Source of the DNA: an uncultured Fidelibacterota bacterium
GTDB lineage: Bacteria > Fidelibacterota > Marinisomatia > Marinisomatales > UBA1611
Length of the DNA stretch: 64,000 bases
Assembly (NCBI GenBank): GCA_913040915.1
Contig: CAJWHW010000004.1
Location: forward strand, 3,367-67,366
Reading direction: 5' to 3'
Position numbers and translations under genes: made by a program. The notes below the pieces were generated by a model. The model was not told the DNA's origin and searched no databases. It was given only the letters and a program-made list of their open reading frames with translations. The stretch's first letter is position 1; each line of letters starts with the position of its first letter. This document shows, piece after piece, positions 26,671 through 36,779 of this stretch.

Positions 26671-28999
26671 AGCTTATCACGCAAACCATTCGCCCAAGCT
26701 TCCACTGCATCAAGAACCGCAAGATTCACCGTTTTATTGATGTTAATTGTTGTACCACCGGTAGTTCCTATATCAAAAGGTCTCACACCATAGTTTGAAA
26801 AAATAGCTTGGACTTTTTCAATATTACCTTGATGCGTTTCTGCTAAAAAGCCACCTGTTTCAGAAAACAGAACCTTGACAAGGGAAAGGTCACTTTCAAT
26901 ATGGACTTTACAGCCGATATTCTTTCCAAAAGTCATTTCTGCGAGAGCTGATGAAATTCCACCATCAGCAATATCATGGCATGACAAAAACAACTCTTGA
27001 TCAATACAGTCGGTAACCGCAAATATCTGGTTTTTCACTTCATTTAAATCAGGTTTCGGTATTTGTGCTCCCAGCTCATCATAGAGAGAATAATACACCG
27101 ACCCCCCCAGCTCATCTTTCCGTTCGCCAATCATTAAAATCACAGAATCCGTTTTTTGAAAATGCATAGGTACAGTACGACGCACATCCTTTATACGACC
27201 CAGACAGCTTACAATAGGACTAGGAGGAATGGCCCCGTTTTTTGATTCATTATAAAAACTCACATTTCCTGCAATAATGGGTGTGGCGTCATGAGGGTTA
27301 TCTTTCAGTGTAATTGTATGGCAGGCATCAGCAATGCCCCTGGCACTTTCTACAAACTCCCACATCTGGTGAGGCTTCTCTGGGTTGCCAAAACATAGAC
27401 AATCTGAAATAGCATGTGGTGTGGCGCCCACAGCTGCAACATTACGCATAGCTTCTACAACAGCATTCACCCCACACCAATATGGATCTATTAGACCATG
27501 GCGTGGATTATTATCTGTAGAAAGTGCTATACCTACATTACGAAGTTCTTCCGGATAATTTTCAGAATTAAAGGGAGCCAAGACTCCTGCATCAGCTAGA
27601 CCTGTTTCGGTATAGATTCTTCCCTGAACCTGTTTGTCGTACGTTTCAAAAACAGGCTCACGGCTGGCCATATTTTCATGGGCTAAAATTTTCAGCATTA
27701 TTTCATTATAATCGAAACCCTCCACAATCTCTGGTTCTGTAAATTTTTGTTGCCGTGCTTCGTAAGGGCGATCGTATAAAAAGCCTTTAGTTACTTCTGA
27801 TGCTGGGGCGTTGATAATTTCTTCATCACCGCTGTGAACAATATACTGACCATCTCTGCGGATTTTGCCTATGACAGATGCCTGTGCACCTTTACTCACG
27901 CCGGGCAGGTTAAATACATTATTATAATGATCTAGTATCATTGGTGTCACCTCCGGAGGTGACACCCACATAAAACGCTCTTGGGTCTCGCTACACAGGT
28001 AAACCGATGGGTGGAGGTTTTCCATACCAATATGAATTTTGTCCATCCACACTTCAGAACCATACCCCGATGTTTCTGCCAGTTCGACGCTTGCACAGGC
28101 AACACCACCAGCCCCTAGATCCTTAAAACCCATTTTATGGACTAGTCCCTTTTCTTTTAGGATATCAAATAAGGCGTAAGATGATTTTAATAGATGGCGC
28201 TCCAGAAAAGCGTTAGGTTCCTGAACAGCACCCTTGTTTTGTTCCTTTTTATCTTCTTCTAGTTCTAGAGATGCAAAACTTGCACCGCCAAATCCGCTAT
28301 TATCGGTAGGCTTACCAATGAGAATTAGGTCATAGCCATCAGCATCCTTCGGGGCGTAGGAATGAAGGATGTGGTCTTCGCGAACTATACCCAATGTAAC
28401 TAAAGTGACTAAACAATTTTCATTATATCCTTTATGGTAATAAATGTCTCCACCAATGTTTGGAATACCTAATGGATTACCGTAGCCAGCGACGCCTGCC
28501 ACCACGCCGTCATGAATCCATTTAGTTTTATTACTACTAATTTCTCCAAAGCGAAAAGAATCGGTGCAGGCAATCACCTCTGCGCCCATACACAAGACAT
28601 CCCGGACATTCCCGCCAACGCCAGTAGCCGCTCCTTCGTAAGGAACAATTTGGGATGGGTGATTGTGTGATTCGTGGCTCATGACCACACACCATCGGTG
28701 ACCTTCATTATCGGTTGCAACCGATACCACGCCCGCATCTTCTTTGGCACCAAGGATTACGTCGGGTCCTTTAGTAGTAAATTGCTTTAAATGGATGCGG
28801 CTACTTTTATAGGAGCAGTGTTCAGACCCTTGGATGGAGAATAGAATAAGCTCCGCCAAAGATGGAGCACGCCCTAGCATATTATTTTGAATTTTAAGAG
28901 CTTCTTCAGCGGTAAGGGGAATGTTCAGATCATGTAGTCTGCTATTGATAGCTTCATCATTGAGCCCGTTGAAATCAACAAGTTCCTGTGTAAAGGGCA

Positions 29000-29000
<1 letters not shown>
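26667..29000 (-). CDS. purL: FGAM synthase II (small PurL)
   Basis: It has the MSHESHNHPS motif, is 777 aa long and has duplicated AIRS-like domains. Confidence 0.95.
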
Positions 29001-30331
<1,331 letters not shown>

Positions 30332-30395
30332 TCACGAAAAATAGAGTAAATATTATTCGAATATTATAGAGATAACAATATTAAAAAAACCGCTA

Positions 30396-30593
30396 TTAAA
30401 AATCTTTTTTATTTAATCCGGATTTCTTTTTTGCCCATTCCAGCACGCGCTTTACTGGTGGAAAATAATCTGCCAAGATAATTAATCCGGGAATACCAAA
30501 CATCCAGCCTTGAAAAACTGGAATCAAACCACCAATCAATCCAACTATCAAAAGGAATATTCCCAATGTGATCCGGATTGTTTTTCTGATCAT
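30396..30593 (-). CDS. small 2-TM membrane protein (PGPGW-like)
   Basis: It is 65 aa with two hydrophobic helices and a G-I-P-G turn (GWMFGIPGLIILADYF). Its start overlaps the stop of the upstream hydrolase by 4 nt. Confidence 0.5.
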   Translation of the reverse strand: MIRKTIRITLGIFLLIVGLIGGLIPVFQGWMFGIPGLIILADYFPPVKRVLEWAKKKSGLNKKDF

Positions 30594-31966
30594 TGAACTT
30601 GCTCTAAGTTAATGTGATTTAACAAAGAATAAAATTTTGAATCTGACAGGCCTAGCAAATAAACATTTAAATACTCATAGACTATATTATTAAGTAAATC
30701 TATCGAAATATCAGTGGTTAAGTGACTCACATCTCGCATTACCCAGTGAATAATTGGAGAAAATATGGGGACATCTGAAAAATCTAAATGTTCTGATTCT
30801 TTGACAATGTATTGATGATACTGTTCTTGAGAATTTAAAATCAATGTATCCAGTGTCTTATAATTATTTGGATAATCAGAATTATGCCAACTCGGTCTCA
30901 TCAAAAAAAGTTGTGGTATTTTCAATCCTGAATTTAAAATAACCTTTGGTACAGGACTTATCCAAGGGTCTAGCCCAAAACAAGTCTTGATTCTTGGATC
31001 CCAAAAGGATGATACTAGCGCTGTTGCGCCACCATATGAATGGCCGCCAACCGCTATCTTATCCATATCCAACTGGCTATTTAAATTAGATTGAATTTGA
31101 CCTAATTGAATTTTTTTCATTTGATTAATGATAAAAGATATATCTTTACCACGAGTATTTATTTGCATTTTACGTAGAGCGAGACTATCTGGATGCCCAG
31201 TAATGTTTGAACGATAATCAGCCATGCTTCCATCTGGGAAAATAGTTAAATTGGCATCGTAGCTATGATCTAGGGCCGCTATAACGAACCCCCGGCTTGC
31301 CAAATATTCGTAGAGGGCCTGATGTAAATGACGAGACCCAGTTATCCCGTGAGAAAATACTAGGATAGGTAATTTAAACTTTGAGATTATAGCCGTTGCA
31401 TTTAAATGACTATTAGTGGAAATATAATTTAAATGTTTAGGAAAAAACTCAGGAATGCCTCCTGCCCTAGCTAAGGTTTTAGCTCTCAATTCAATATAGT
31501 CCATATAGGGTTCTGTCTTTTTTTCACTTTTAAGATCTGCAGGATACCAAATTTGGATCATAATTTGGCGAAAATCGGATTTGTTTTCTGTAAACAACTC
31601 GGCTCTGCTTGAATCAATCCAATGATGTACTTCTGTCCCTATTGAATATTTGCCCCCGGGGTTTGGTAAATTAAAAACTGGTATAATCCAAAGAATAGAA
31701 CCCGCAAGAATTAACCAACTCATTAACAAAGTTTTTGTTGTAACATTAATCTCCTTTGCTTTTAATTTGTGAGCAATATACATTGCCGGTAGAAAATATA
31801 TAATAAAAGTAAATTGCCATCTGATGCCTTCTATAAAAAACTGCATCAGGATCGTTAGTATAGCACCAAAGATAAGGTAAAGAAAGATTCGCCTATCTTT
31901 ATGGTACAATAAAGCAGTTAAAGCGCCAATTGTTAAAATCAACGTTAGAATTTCAAAAGTGCGCAT
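30590..31966 (-). CDS. membrane-anchored alpha/beta hydrolase (PAF-acetylhydrolase/lipase-like)
   Basis: It has about 4 N-terminal TM helices. These are followed by VFSHGITGSRHLHQALYEYLASRGFVIAALDH and the nucleophile elbow GHSYGG, which resemble the plasma PAF-AH family. Confidence 0.65.
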   Translation of the reverse strand: MRTFEILTLILTIGALTALLYHKDRRIFLYLIFGAILTILMQFFIEGIRWQFTFIIYFLPAMYIAHKLKAKEINVTTKTLLMSWLILAGSILWIIPVFNLPNPGGKYSIGTEVHHWIDSSRAELFTENKSDFRQIMIQIWYPADLKSEKKTEPYMDYIELRAKTLARAGGIPEFFPKHLNYISTNSHLNATAIISKFKLPILVFSHGITGSRHLHQALYEYLASRGFVIAALDHSYDANLTIFPDGSMADYRSNITGHPDSLALRKMQINTRGKDISFIINQMKKIQLGQIQSNLNSQLDMDKIAVGGHSYGGATALVSSFWDPRIKTCFGLDPWISPVPKVILNSGLKIPQLFLMRPSWHNSDYPNNYKTLDTLILNSQEQYHQYIVKESEHLDFSDVPIFSPIIHWVMRDVSHLTTDISIDLLNNIVYEYLNVYLLGLSDSKFYSLLNHINLEQVQ

Positions 31967-32016
31967 TCAAAAACCATGTGTAAATTGAACGTATAAAAAC
32001 CATTATGTTTTAAACT

Positions 32017-32670
32017 ATGTCCTTTCAAAAGTTAAGATTTACAACCTTGCCTGAACCAGATATGATATCTCGATCTACATCTTTTTTAAATCATCTAATG
32101 CAACGAAGAACCATACGGGATTTTTCAGATAAATCGATTCCATTAGAAATTATAAAAAATGCCATTAAAGCTGCATCTTCTGCACCATCAGGAGCGAACA
32201 AGCAGCCATGGCATTTTGTAATCGTTCAAGATCCTGAAGTAAAAAAAGAAATTAGAACTGCAGCAGAAAAAGAAGAAAAAGAATTTTATAAACATAGAGC
32301 ACCAGATTATTGGTTAGAAGATTTAAATCAGTTTGAAACAGATTGGCATAAACCATTTTTAGAAATAGCACCATATTTAATTGTGGTATTTAAACAGAGT
32401 TATGATTTAGGAGATGATGGTAAAAGAAAGAATTATTATGTCAATGAATCGGTGGGTATTGCTTCTGGGTTTTTATTAGTGGCTTTGCATAATGCTGGAC
32501 TTGCGACATTAACACATACTCCAAGCCCAATGGGTTTCTTGGAAAGAATATTAAACAGGCCAGAAAATGAAAAAGCTGTCCTACTTATACCAGTGGGGTT
32601 ACCGGCTCACGATGCAGAAGTCCCAGAGCTAAACAAAAAATCCTTTCGGGATGTTTGTACAATTATCTAA
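32017..32670 (+). CDS. iodotyrosine deiodinase (IYD)-like FMN nitroreductase-superfamily dehalogenase
   Basis: It is colinear with my recollection of human IYD: [8 protein letters not shown] / [34 protein letters not shown] / [36 protein letters not shown] / [23 protein letters not shown] / LQNAGLVTVTTTP and [20 protein letters not shown] / [20 protein letters not shown]. Confidence 0.8.
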   Translation: [217 protein letters not shown]

Positions 32671-32682
32671 GGTCAACAGATT

Positions 32683-33168
32683 ATGCCAGTTCGAATTTTA
32701 ATAACCGGTGGAACTTTTGATAAAGAATATGATGAAATAACAGGTGAACTTTATTTTAAAGATACGCACATGCGTGAAATATTAGCTCTCGGAAGATCTA
32801 AACTAAAGGTGAAAATTCGAACATTAATGCTTATCGATAGTTTGGATATGACCGATGAAGATAGAAAGTTAATTCTTGATAATTGTAATAAGATAGAGGA
32901 GGATCAAATTGTCATTACTCATGGCACAGATACAATGACGCAAACTGCTCGGACGATTGCAAATGAAAATTTGAATAAAACAATTGTACTCACCGGTGCA
33001 ATGATACCATACAAATTTGGCAGTAGCGATGGTTTATTTAATTGCGGCAGTGCCTTAGCCTTAGCTCAAGCCTTACCCCATGGTGTATATATTGCAATGA
33101 ATGGGCGATATTTTAATTGGGATAAAGTAGAAAAAAATAAAAAAACAGGTGTATTTGAAGAAATATAG
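32683..33168 (+). CDS. single-domain asparaginase-like protein (N-terminal domain only)
   Basis: It has ILITGGTFDK (cf. TGGTIAG), ITHGTDTMTQTA and LTGAMIPY..SDGLFN. At 161 aa it is about half a canonical L-asparaginase. Confidence 0.65.
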   Translation: MPVRILITGGTFDKEYDEITGELYFKDTHMREILALGRSKLKVKIRTLMLIDSLDMTDEDRKLILDNCNKIEEDQIVITHGTDTMTQTARTIANENLNKTIVLTGAMIPYKFGSSDGLFNCGSALALAQALPHGVYIAMNGRYFNWDKVEKNKKTGVFEEI

Positions 33169-33188
33169 TATGCATTTACACGTATGTA

Positions 33189-34238
33189 TTAATCTTGCAT
33201 TTTTCTAATCCAATTTTTAACAAGCTCTACACCTTCTTTATGAACCAGTTTTCTGCCCAGTTCAGGCATCATGATTCCAGGGTCTGTTGATTCTATTCGA
33301 TAAAGCATTATTGATTTATCTGGATGCCTTGGTACAATGGTGTATTTCATATCACCCGAGCCCCGTCCTGCTGCAATAGGTGGTTTCATGATCCCTAATT
33401 TTGTTGGATCAGTTTCTTCAACATTCAAAAATAAACCTGATGTTTCTCCTGGAGCACCAAACCGATGGCAATGGGCACAGTTAATATCAATCCAGGCCCG
33501 CGCTCGTTCAGCAACAGTTCCATCTTCGTGATTATCATAATCGGGCGTATAAGGCAATTCAGAAATTGGAGGTAGCCCTTTTATCATATCTAATTCTGAC
33601 CATTTCTGTAGTTGATTCATTATCTCATTCCCATAATCATAGTCATTATTTAGTAGTCTTACTTTTGGTCCAATAGGTACCATTTTATTGTGACTGACAT
33701 GACAACCTTTACATTGATTGAAGTTGGGGACACTATATTTAAAATTGACTTGTTCGCCTGCAAAATTAGTAAATGACACATCCATTCTGTCACCGGCAAT
33801 TTCTAAGAATGCATCTGACTGCTCTTCATCCCAAATATAGGGGAAGCCCATCCAGCCATCGGGAGTATGAATAAGTAGCCTTGTCTCCATGAGACGAATA
33901 TTTTCTTCAGGATATCTTAAATCAGCAGGGAAATAAAATGTTTTAATCAGTATGGACTCAATTGGAAAATCAAAGGAACCGTCTACTTGGTAGATTAATT
34001 GTTCACCGGCTGGTAAAACAATAAATCTAGATTTTAGAGCATAATCAGAAAATAATTGAGCTGATATATTATATGGGACTATGCCATCTGCTGGCTGGTG
34101 TTGTGCTATCCGTCCTTCAAAGAAATTATAATCAGATAATTTAGGCTTTGCATATTTAAGTGGACTTATTCCAGAAAGAAGGGAAAATAGAATAAGAGAA
34201 AAAGCAAAGCGATGCACTTTTCTCAAAAAAATAATCAT
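33189..34238 (-). CDS. diheme c-type cytochrome (SO2930-like family)
   Basis: It has a signal/anchor N-terminus and two CxxCH motifs (CKGCH, CAHCH). It is coupled by 4-nt overlap to the beta-helix gene upstream. Confidence 0.7.
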   Translation of the reverse strand: MIIFLRKVHRFAFSLILFSLLSGISPLKYAKPKLSDYNFFEGRIAQHQPADGIVPYNISAQLFSDYALKSRFIVLPAGEQLIYQVDGSFDFPIESILIKTFYFPADLRYPEENIRLMETRLLIHTPDGWMGFPYIWDEEQSDAFLEIAGDRMDVSFTNFAGEQVNFKYSVPNFNQCKGCHVSHNKMVPIGPKVRLLNNDYDYGNEIMNQLQKWSELDMIKGLPPISELPYTPDYDNHEDGTVAERARAWIDINCAHCHRFGAPGETSGLFLNVEETDPTKLGIMKPPIAAGRGSGDMKYTIVPRHPDKSIMLYRIESTDPGIMMPELGRKLVHKEGVELVKNWIRKMQD

Positions 34239-35422
34239 TTTTTTATTTCTAAGATCAATTGGTGTTCACTACCACAATGATGCGGAGATAGATCTTCCGA
34301 AAAATTAGAAATAAATGGTGAATACCATTCTTTAAAATTGTGTTCTATGTCTAGATTTGTAAATCTAGCGCGCCCATTATTTTGAATACATAGTCCTGCT
34401 GTTATTTTTGGATCTTGCATACCATCATAAATAATATCTGGTATGTTCCTTCCGTATTTAATTGCTAATAATTTTCCAATGTCATAATCTAAGGTGGGGA
34501 ATCCTGGCCATCGCTCATAAACATTATTATATATATGAATATCTGCTGTGTAAGGATTATATAGAGAATCCTTAATTGTTTCTTCTGTCATGAAATAACT
34601 GACCACACCAGTTCCTACACTTTTATTATTTCGAATTGTATTCCGGTAAATATATATATCTCTACAGGCTAAAATCATAATTCCTGTACCCGGGAGTACT
34701 TTTCCAACAATATTACCCGGGGGTGCGAAATTGAATAAATTATTGGATTCAATAATGTTATTAAAAACATGAATATTCCCGCCTTTTTTCTGTATCAGGT
34801 CAGGTAAATCAAATACAAGAATACCCCCCGTATTATTATAGGTATGATTTTTGTAGACTTTTGCATTATTTGAATTTTCAATTTCAATACCAGCCACATT
34901 ATCAAAAACAGTGTTATAGCGCACAATGATTTCATTAGACTGACCCACATAAATTCCGGCGTCAGAAGCACCGATCGAAAGTGAATGTTCAATTAACACA
35001 TTATTACATTGCACTGGATATAGTCCATAGGCTCCATTGGTAGGTTTGGGACCTCCTGTCCATTCTGTTTTTAAGTGACGGAAAACAATTCCATCCGTAT
35101 ATTGAACCTTAATGGCATCACCTTTTGAATCTTGAACTGTAAAATTTTCCAATGTTATATTTTTGGAATTAGTAATGCTGATGCCTTGCGCTCCTTCTTC
35201 TTGATTGGAAAACTGCAGGATGGATTTATCCATGCCGGATCCACGAATAAACAAATTTTCTTTTCCTTCAATTGATAAAGTACCTAAAATTAGATGGACA
35301 CCATCCGGCACTGTGATGGTGTCACCGAACTCTGCTAGAATGAATTGCATTTGCAGTTCTTTTTCCAGATTCGCATAAGCTATGCAAACTAAAAGATGAA
35401 GTGATATGGTTAAATGGGTCAT
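34235..35422 (-). CDS. parallel beta-helix repeat protein
   Basis: It has periodic Asn-ladder repeats (NITLENFTV, NNVLIEHS, NEIIVRYNTVFDN, NAKVYKNHTYNN, NIHVFNNIIESNN). Confidence 0.65.
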   Translation of the reverse strand: MTHLTISLHLLVCIAYANLEKELQMQFILAEFGDTITVPDGVHLILGTLSIEGKENLFIRGSGMDKSILQFSNQEEGAQGISITNSKNITLENFTVQDSKGDAIKVQYTDGIVFRHLKTEWTGGPKPTNGAYGLYPVQCNNVLIEHSLSIGASDAGIYVGQSNEIIVRYNTVFDNVAGIEIENSNNAKVYKNHTYNNTGGILVFDLPDLIQKKGGNIHVFNNIIESNNLFNFAPPGNIVGKVLPGTGIMILACRDIYIYRNTIRNNKSVGTGVVSYFMTEETIKDSLYNPYTADIHIYNNVYERWPGFPTLDYDIGKLLAIKYGRNIPDIIYDGMQDPKITAGLCIQNNGRARFTNLDIEHNFKEWYSPFISNFSEDLSPHHCGSEHQLILEIKK

Positions 35423-35534
35423 GCGTATAATTAAGAAATTAAGTGCAACTTAAGGTATGAATAAACATCAAAATAACGCATTCAATAATTCCCGCATATT
35501 TTCTTTTTTAAAAATCTTTGCTTAGATTTAAAAA

Positions 35535-36251
35535 ATGAAGCCTACTCGTTTCCATTCCTGGAATGTTTCTCCTGAAGAAGCATCTGCAATTCAGCTCAAT
35601 TTGCGTGATAAAGTTGAAGTTCAACCTTTGCCAAATGATATTGAATTGGTGTGTGGGACATCTATATCTCATGATCCAAATACCAATACAGTGCATGTAG
35701 CATTAGTGGTCTCAAAATTTCCAGCGATGGAATTAGTAGAGTGTCACAGTCTATCAGAAGAAACCACATTCCCTTATGTTAGTGGTCTATTGGCATTTCG
35801 GGAAGCACCGTCTTTGATGACATTGCTAAAGAGAATCCAGTACCAGCCTGATGTAATATTATTTCATTCTCACGGGCTTGCCCACCCCAGAAAGTTTGGC
35901 TTAGCATGCCATTTAGGTGTTTTATTTAATATACCATCGATTGGTGTTGCAGACCGGGTTTTGGTTGGATACCATGATAATTTGCCGATAGAGAAAGGAT
36001 GCTATGTCCCACTTAAGGATAACAAGCAAGAACTTGGACTTGTTCTGCGTACAAAGGAAGATGAGAATCCTATATTTGTTTCTGTTGGGCACAAATCGGA
36101 TCTTTTCACTGCTATGGAATTAACTATGAAATGCATCACGCGTTACCGGCATCCCGAACCCATACGCCAGGCACAATTAGCTGTGAGAGCCCAAAGAGAT
36201 GGTGAAAATATTGATTTAGAACATGGTAGTAATCAAGCGTCTTTATTTTAG
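35535..36251 (+). CDS. nfi: endonuclease V homolog with substituted metal-binding residues
   Basis: It is colinear with E. coli Nfi: LLAFRE / LSFRE, HGLAHPRKFGLACHLGVL / HGISHPRRLGVASHFGLL, IGVA / IGVAKK and RYRHPEPIRQA / GYRLPEPTRWA. See findings for the catalytic-site changes. Confidence 0.8.
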   Translation: MKPTRFHSWNVSPEEASAIQLNLRDKVEVQPLPNDIELVCGTSISHDPNTNTVHVALVVSKFPAMELVECHSLSEETTFPYVSGLLAFREAPSLMTLLKRIQYQPDVILFHSHGLAHPRKFGLACHLGVLFNIPSIGVADRVLVGYHDNLPIEKGCYVPLKDNKQELGLVLRTKEDENPIFVSVGHKSDLFTAMELTMKCITRYRHPEPIRQAQLAVRAQRDGENIDLEHGSNQASLF

Positions 36252-36414
36252 TACATATTTTTATGCTCCAAATAAAACAATAACTATAGGAATTGTAAGT
36301 TTCTAGGATAGAGGTTAGAGTTTTAGCATAATGGTCACTTATTTCTTATTTTATATTTTAGTTATTAATAATAACCTAACATTGTTTTTTTAAAGTAAAA
36401 ATAAAGGAATAGAT

Positions 36415-36768
36415 ATGTCTGAATTCACCCTATATCATAATCCAAGGTGAGGGAAAAGCAGGGGAGCCGTGTCGCTCCTCAAAGAAGAAAATATAGATTT
36501 CAAAATTATAGAATATTTAAAAACACCCTTAAATAAAAAAGAAATCTTATCTATCTCTAAAAAACTGAACCTTCCTCCATCAGGTTTTGTGCGAAAGAAT
36601 GAAGTAGAATTCAAAGATAATAATTTGAGTGATGAGCTTGATAATGATGAAACAATGGCAGAAGCAATCGCGAAATTTCCAAAAATTATGCAACGTCCCA
36701 TTGCTGTTAAAGGCAACCAGGCAGTCATTGGACGTCCGCCAGAAAATGTTTTAATTTTAATTCGTTGA
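36415..36768 (+). CDS. ArsC-family (Grx-type arsenate reductase-like) protein with in-frame UGA (predicted Sec) at the catalytic Cys position
   Basis: ATG 36415 has AAGGA 6-11 nt upstream. The translation is MSEFTLYHNPR-U-GKSRGAVSLLKEENIDF..., compared with R773 ArsC MSNITIYHNPACGTSRN. TGA at 36448-36450 is in frame with the track ORF 36469..36768. Arg equivalents are conserved (VRKN, QRPI, GRPPE). Confidence 0.7.
36461..36480 (+). promoter_or_regulatory. candidate bacterial SECIS hairpin
   Basis: The sequence GGGGAGC-CGUGUC-GCUCCUC forms a 7-bp stem with one G-U pair and a 6-nt loop containing GU. It starts 11 nt after the UGA. It is locally GC-rich in an AT-rich gene. Confidence 0.5.
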
Positions 36769-36779
36769 GAGAAAAAAAC

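Noticed and set aside
36435-36728. A 97-aa minus-strand ORF antisense to the ArsC-family gene. Many similar 60-134-aa ORFs are nested antisense or out of frame in large genes (for example 203-457, 1275-1544, 4796-5200, 12155-12355, 16722-17024, 22414-22728, 22916-23233, 37458-37826, 56036-56320, 59955-60251).
   Set aside because: They lie wholly inside confidently identified genes and have low-complexity or odd composition with no recognisable motifs. They are the shadow ORFs expected in AT-rich DNA.
36469-36768. A stand-alone 99-aa ORF starting at GTG 36469, or alternatively an ArsC pseudogene killed by a nonsense mutation.
   Set aside because: The upstream 11 in-frame codons reproduce the conserved ArsC N-terminus. 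The stop is TGA exactly at the catalytic Cys codon, and a SECIS-like hairpin follows it. The pseudogene reading remains the alternative if the genome lacks Sec machinery.
36765-36779. A TTG start at 36765 for the EEP gene (MREKN extension), as in the ORF track.
   Set aside because: ATG 36780 gives a canonical lipoprotein signal (MKKTLLLFTLFIMCC). The TTG would overlap the ArsC-family stop and adds only five non-hydrophobic residues.
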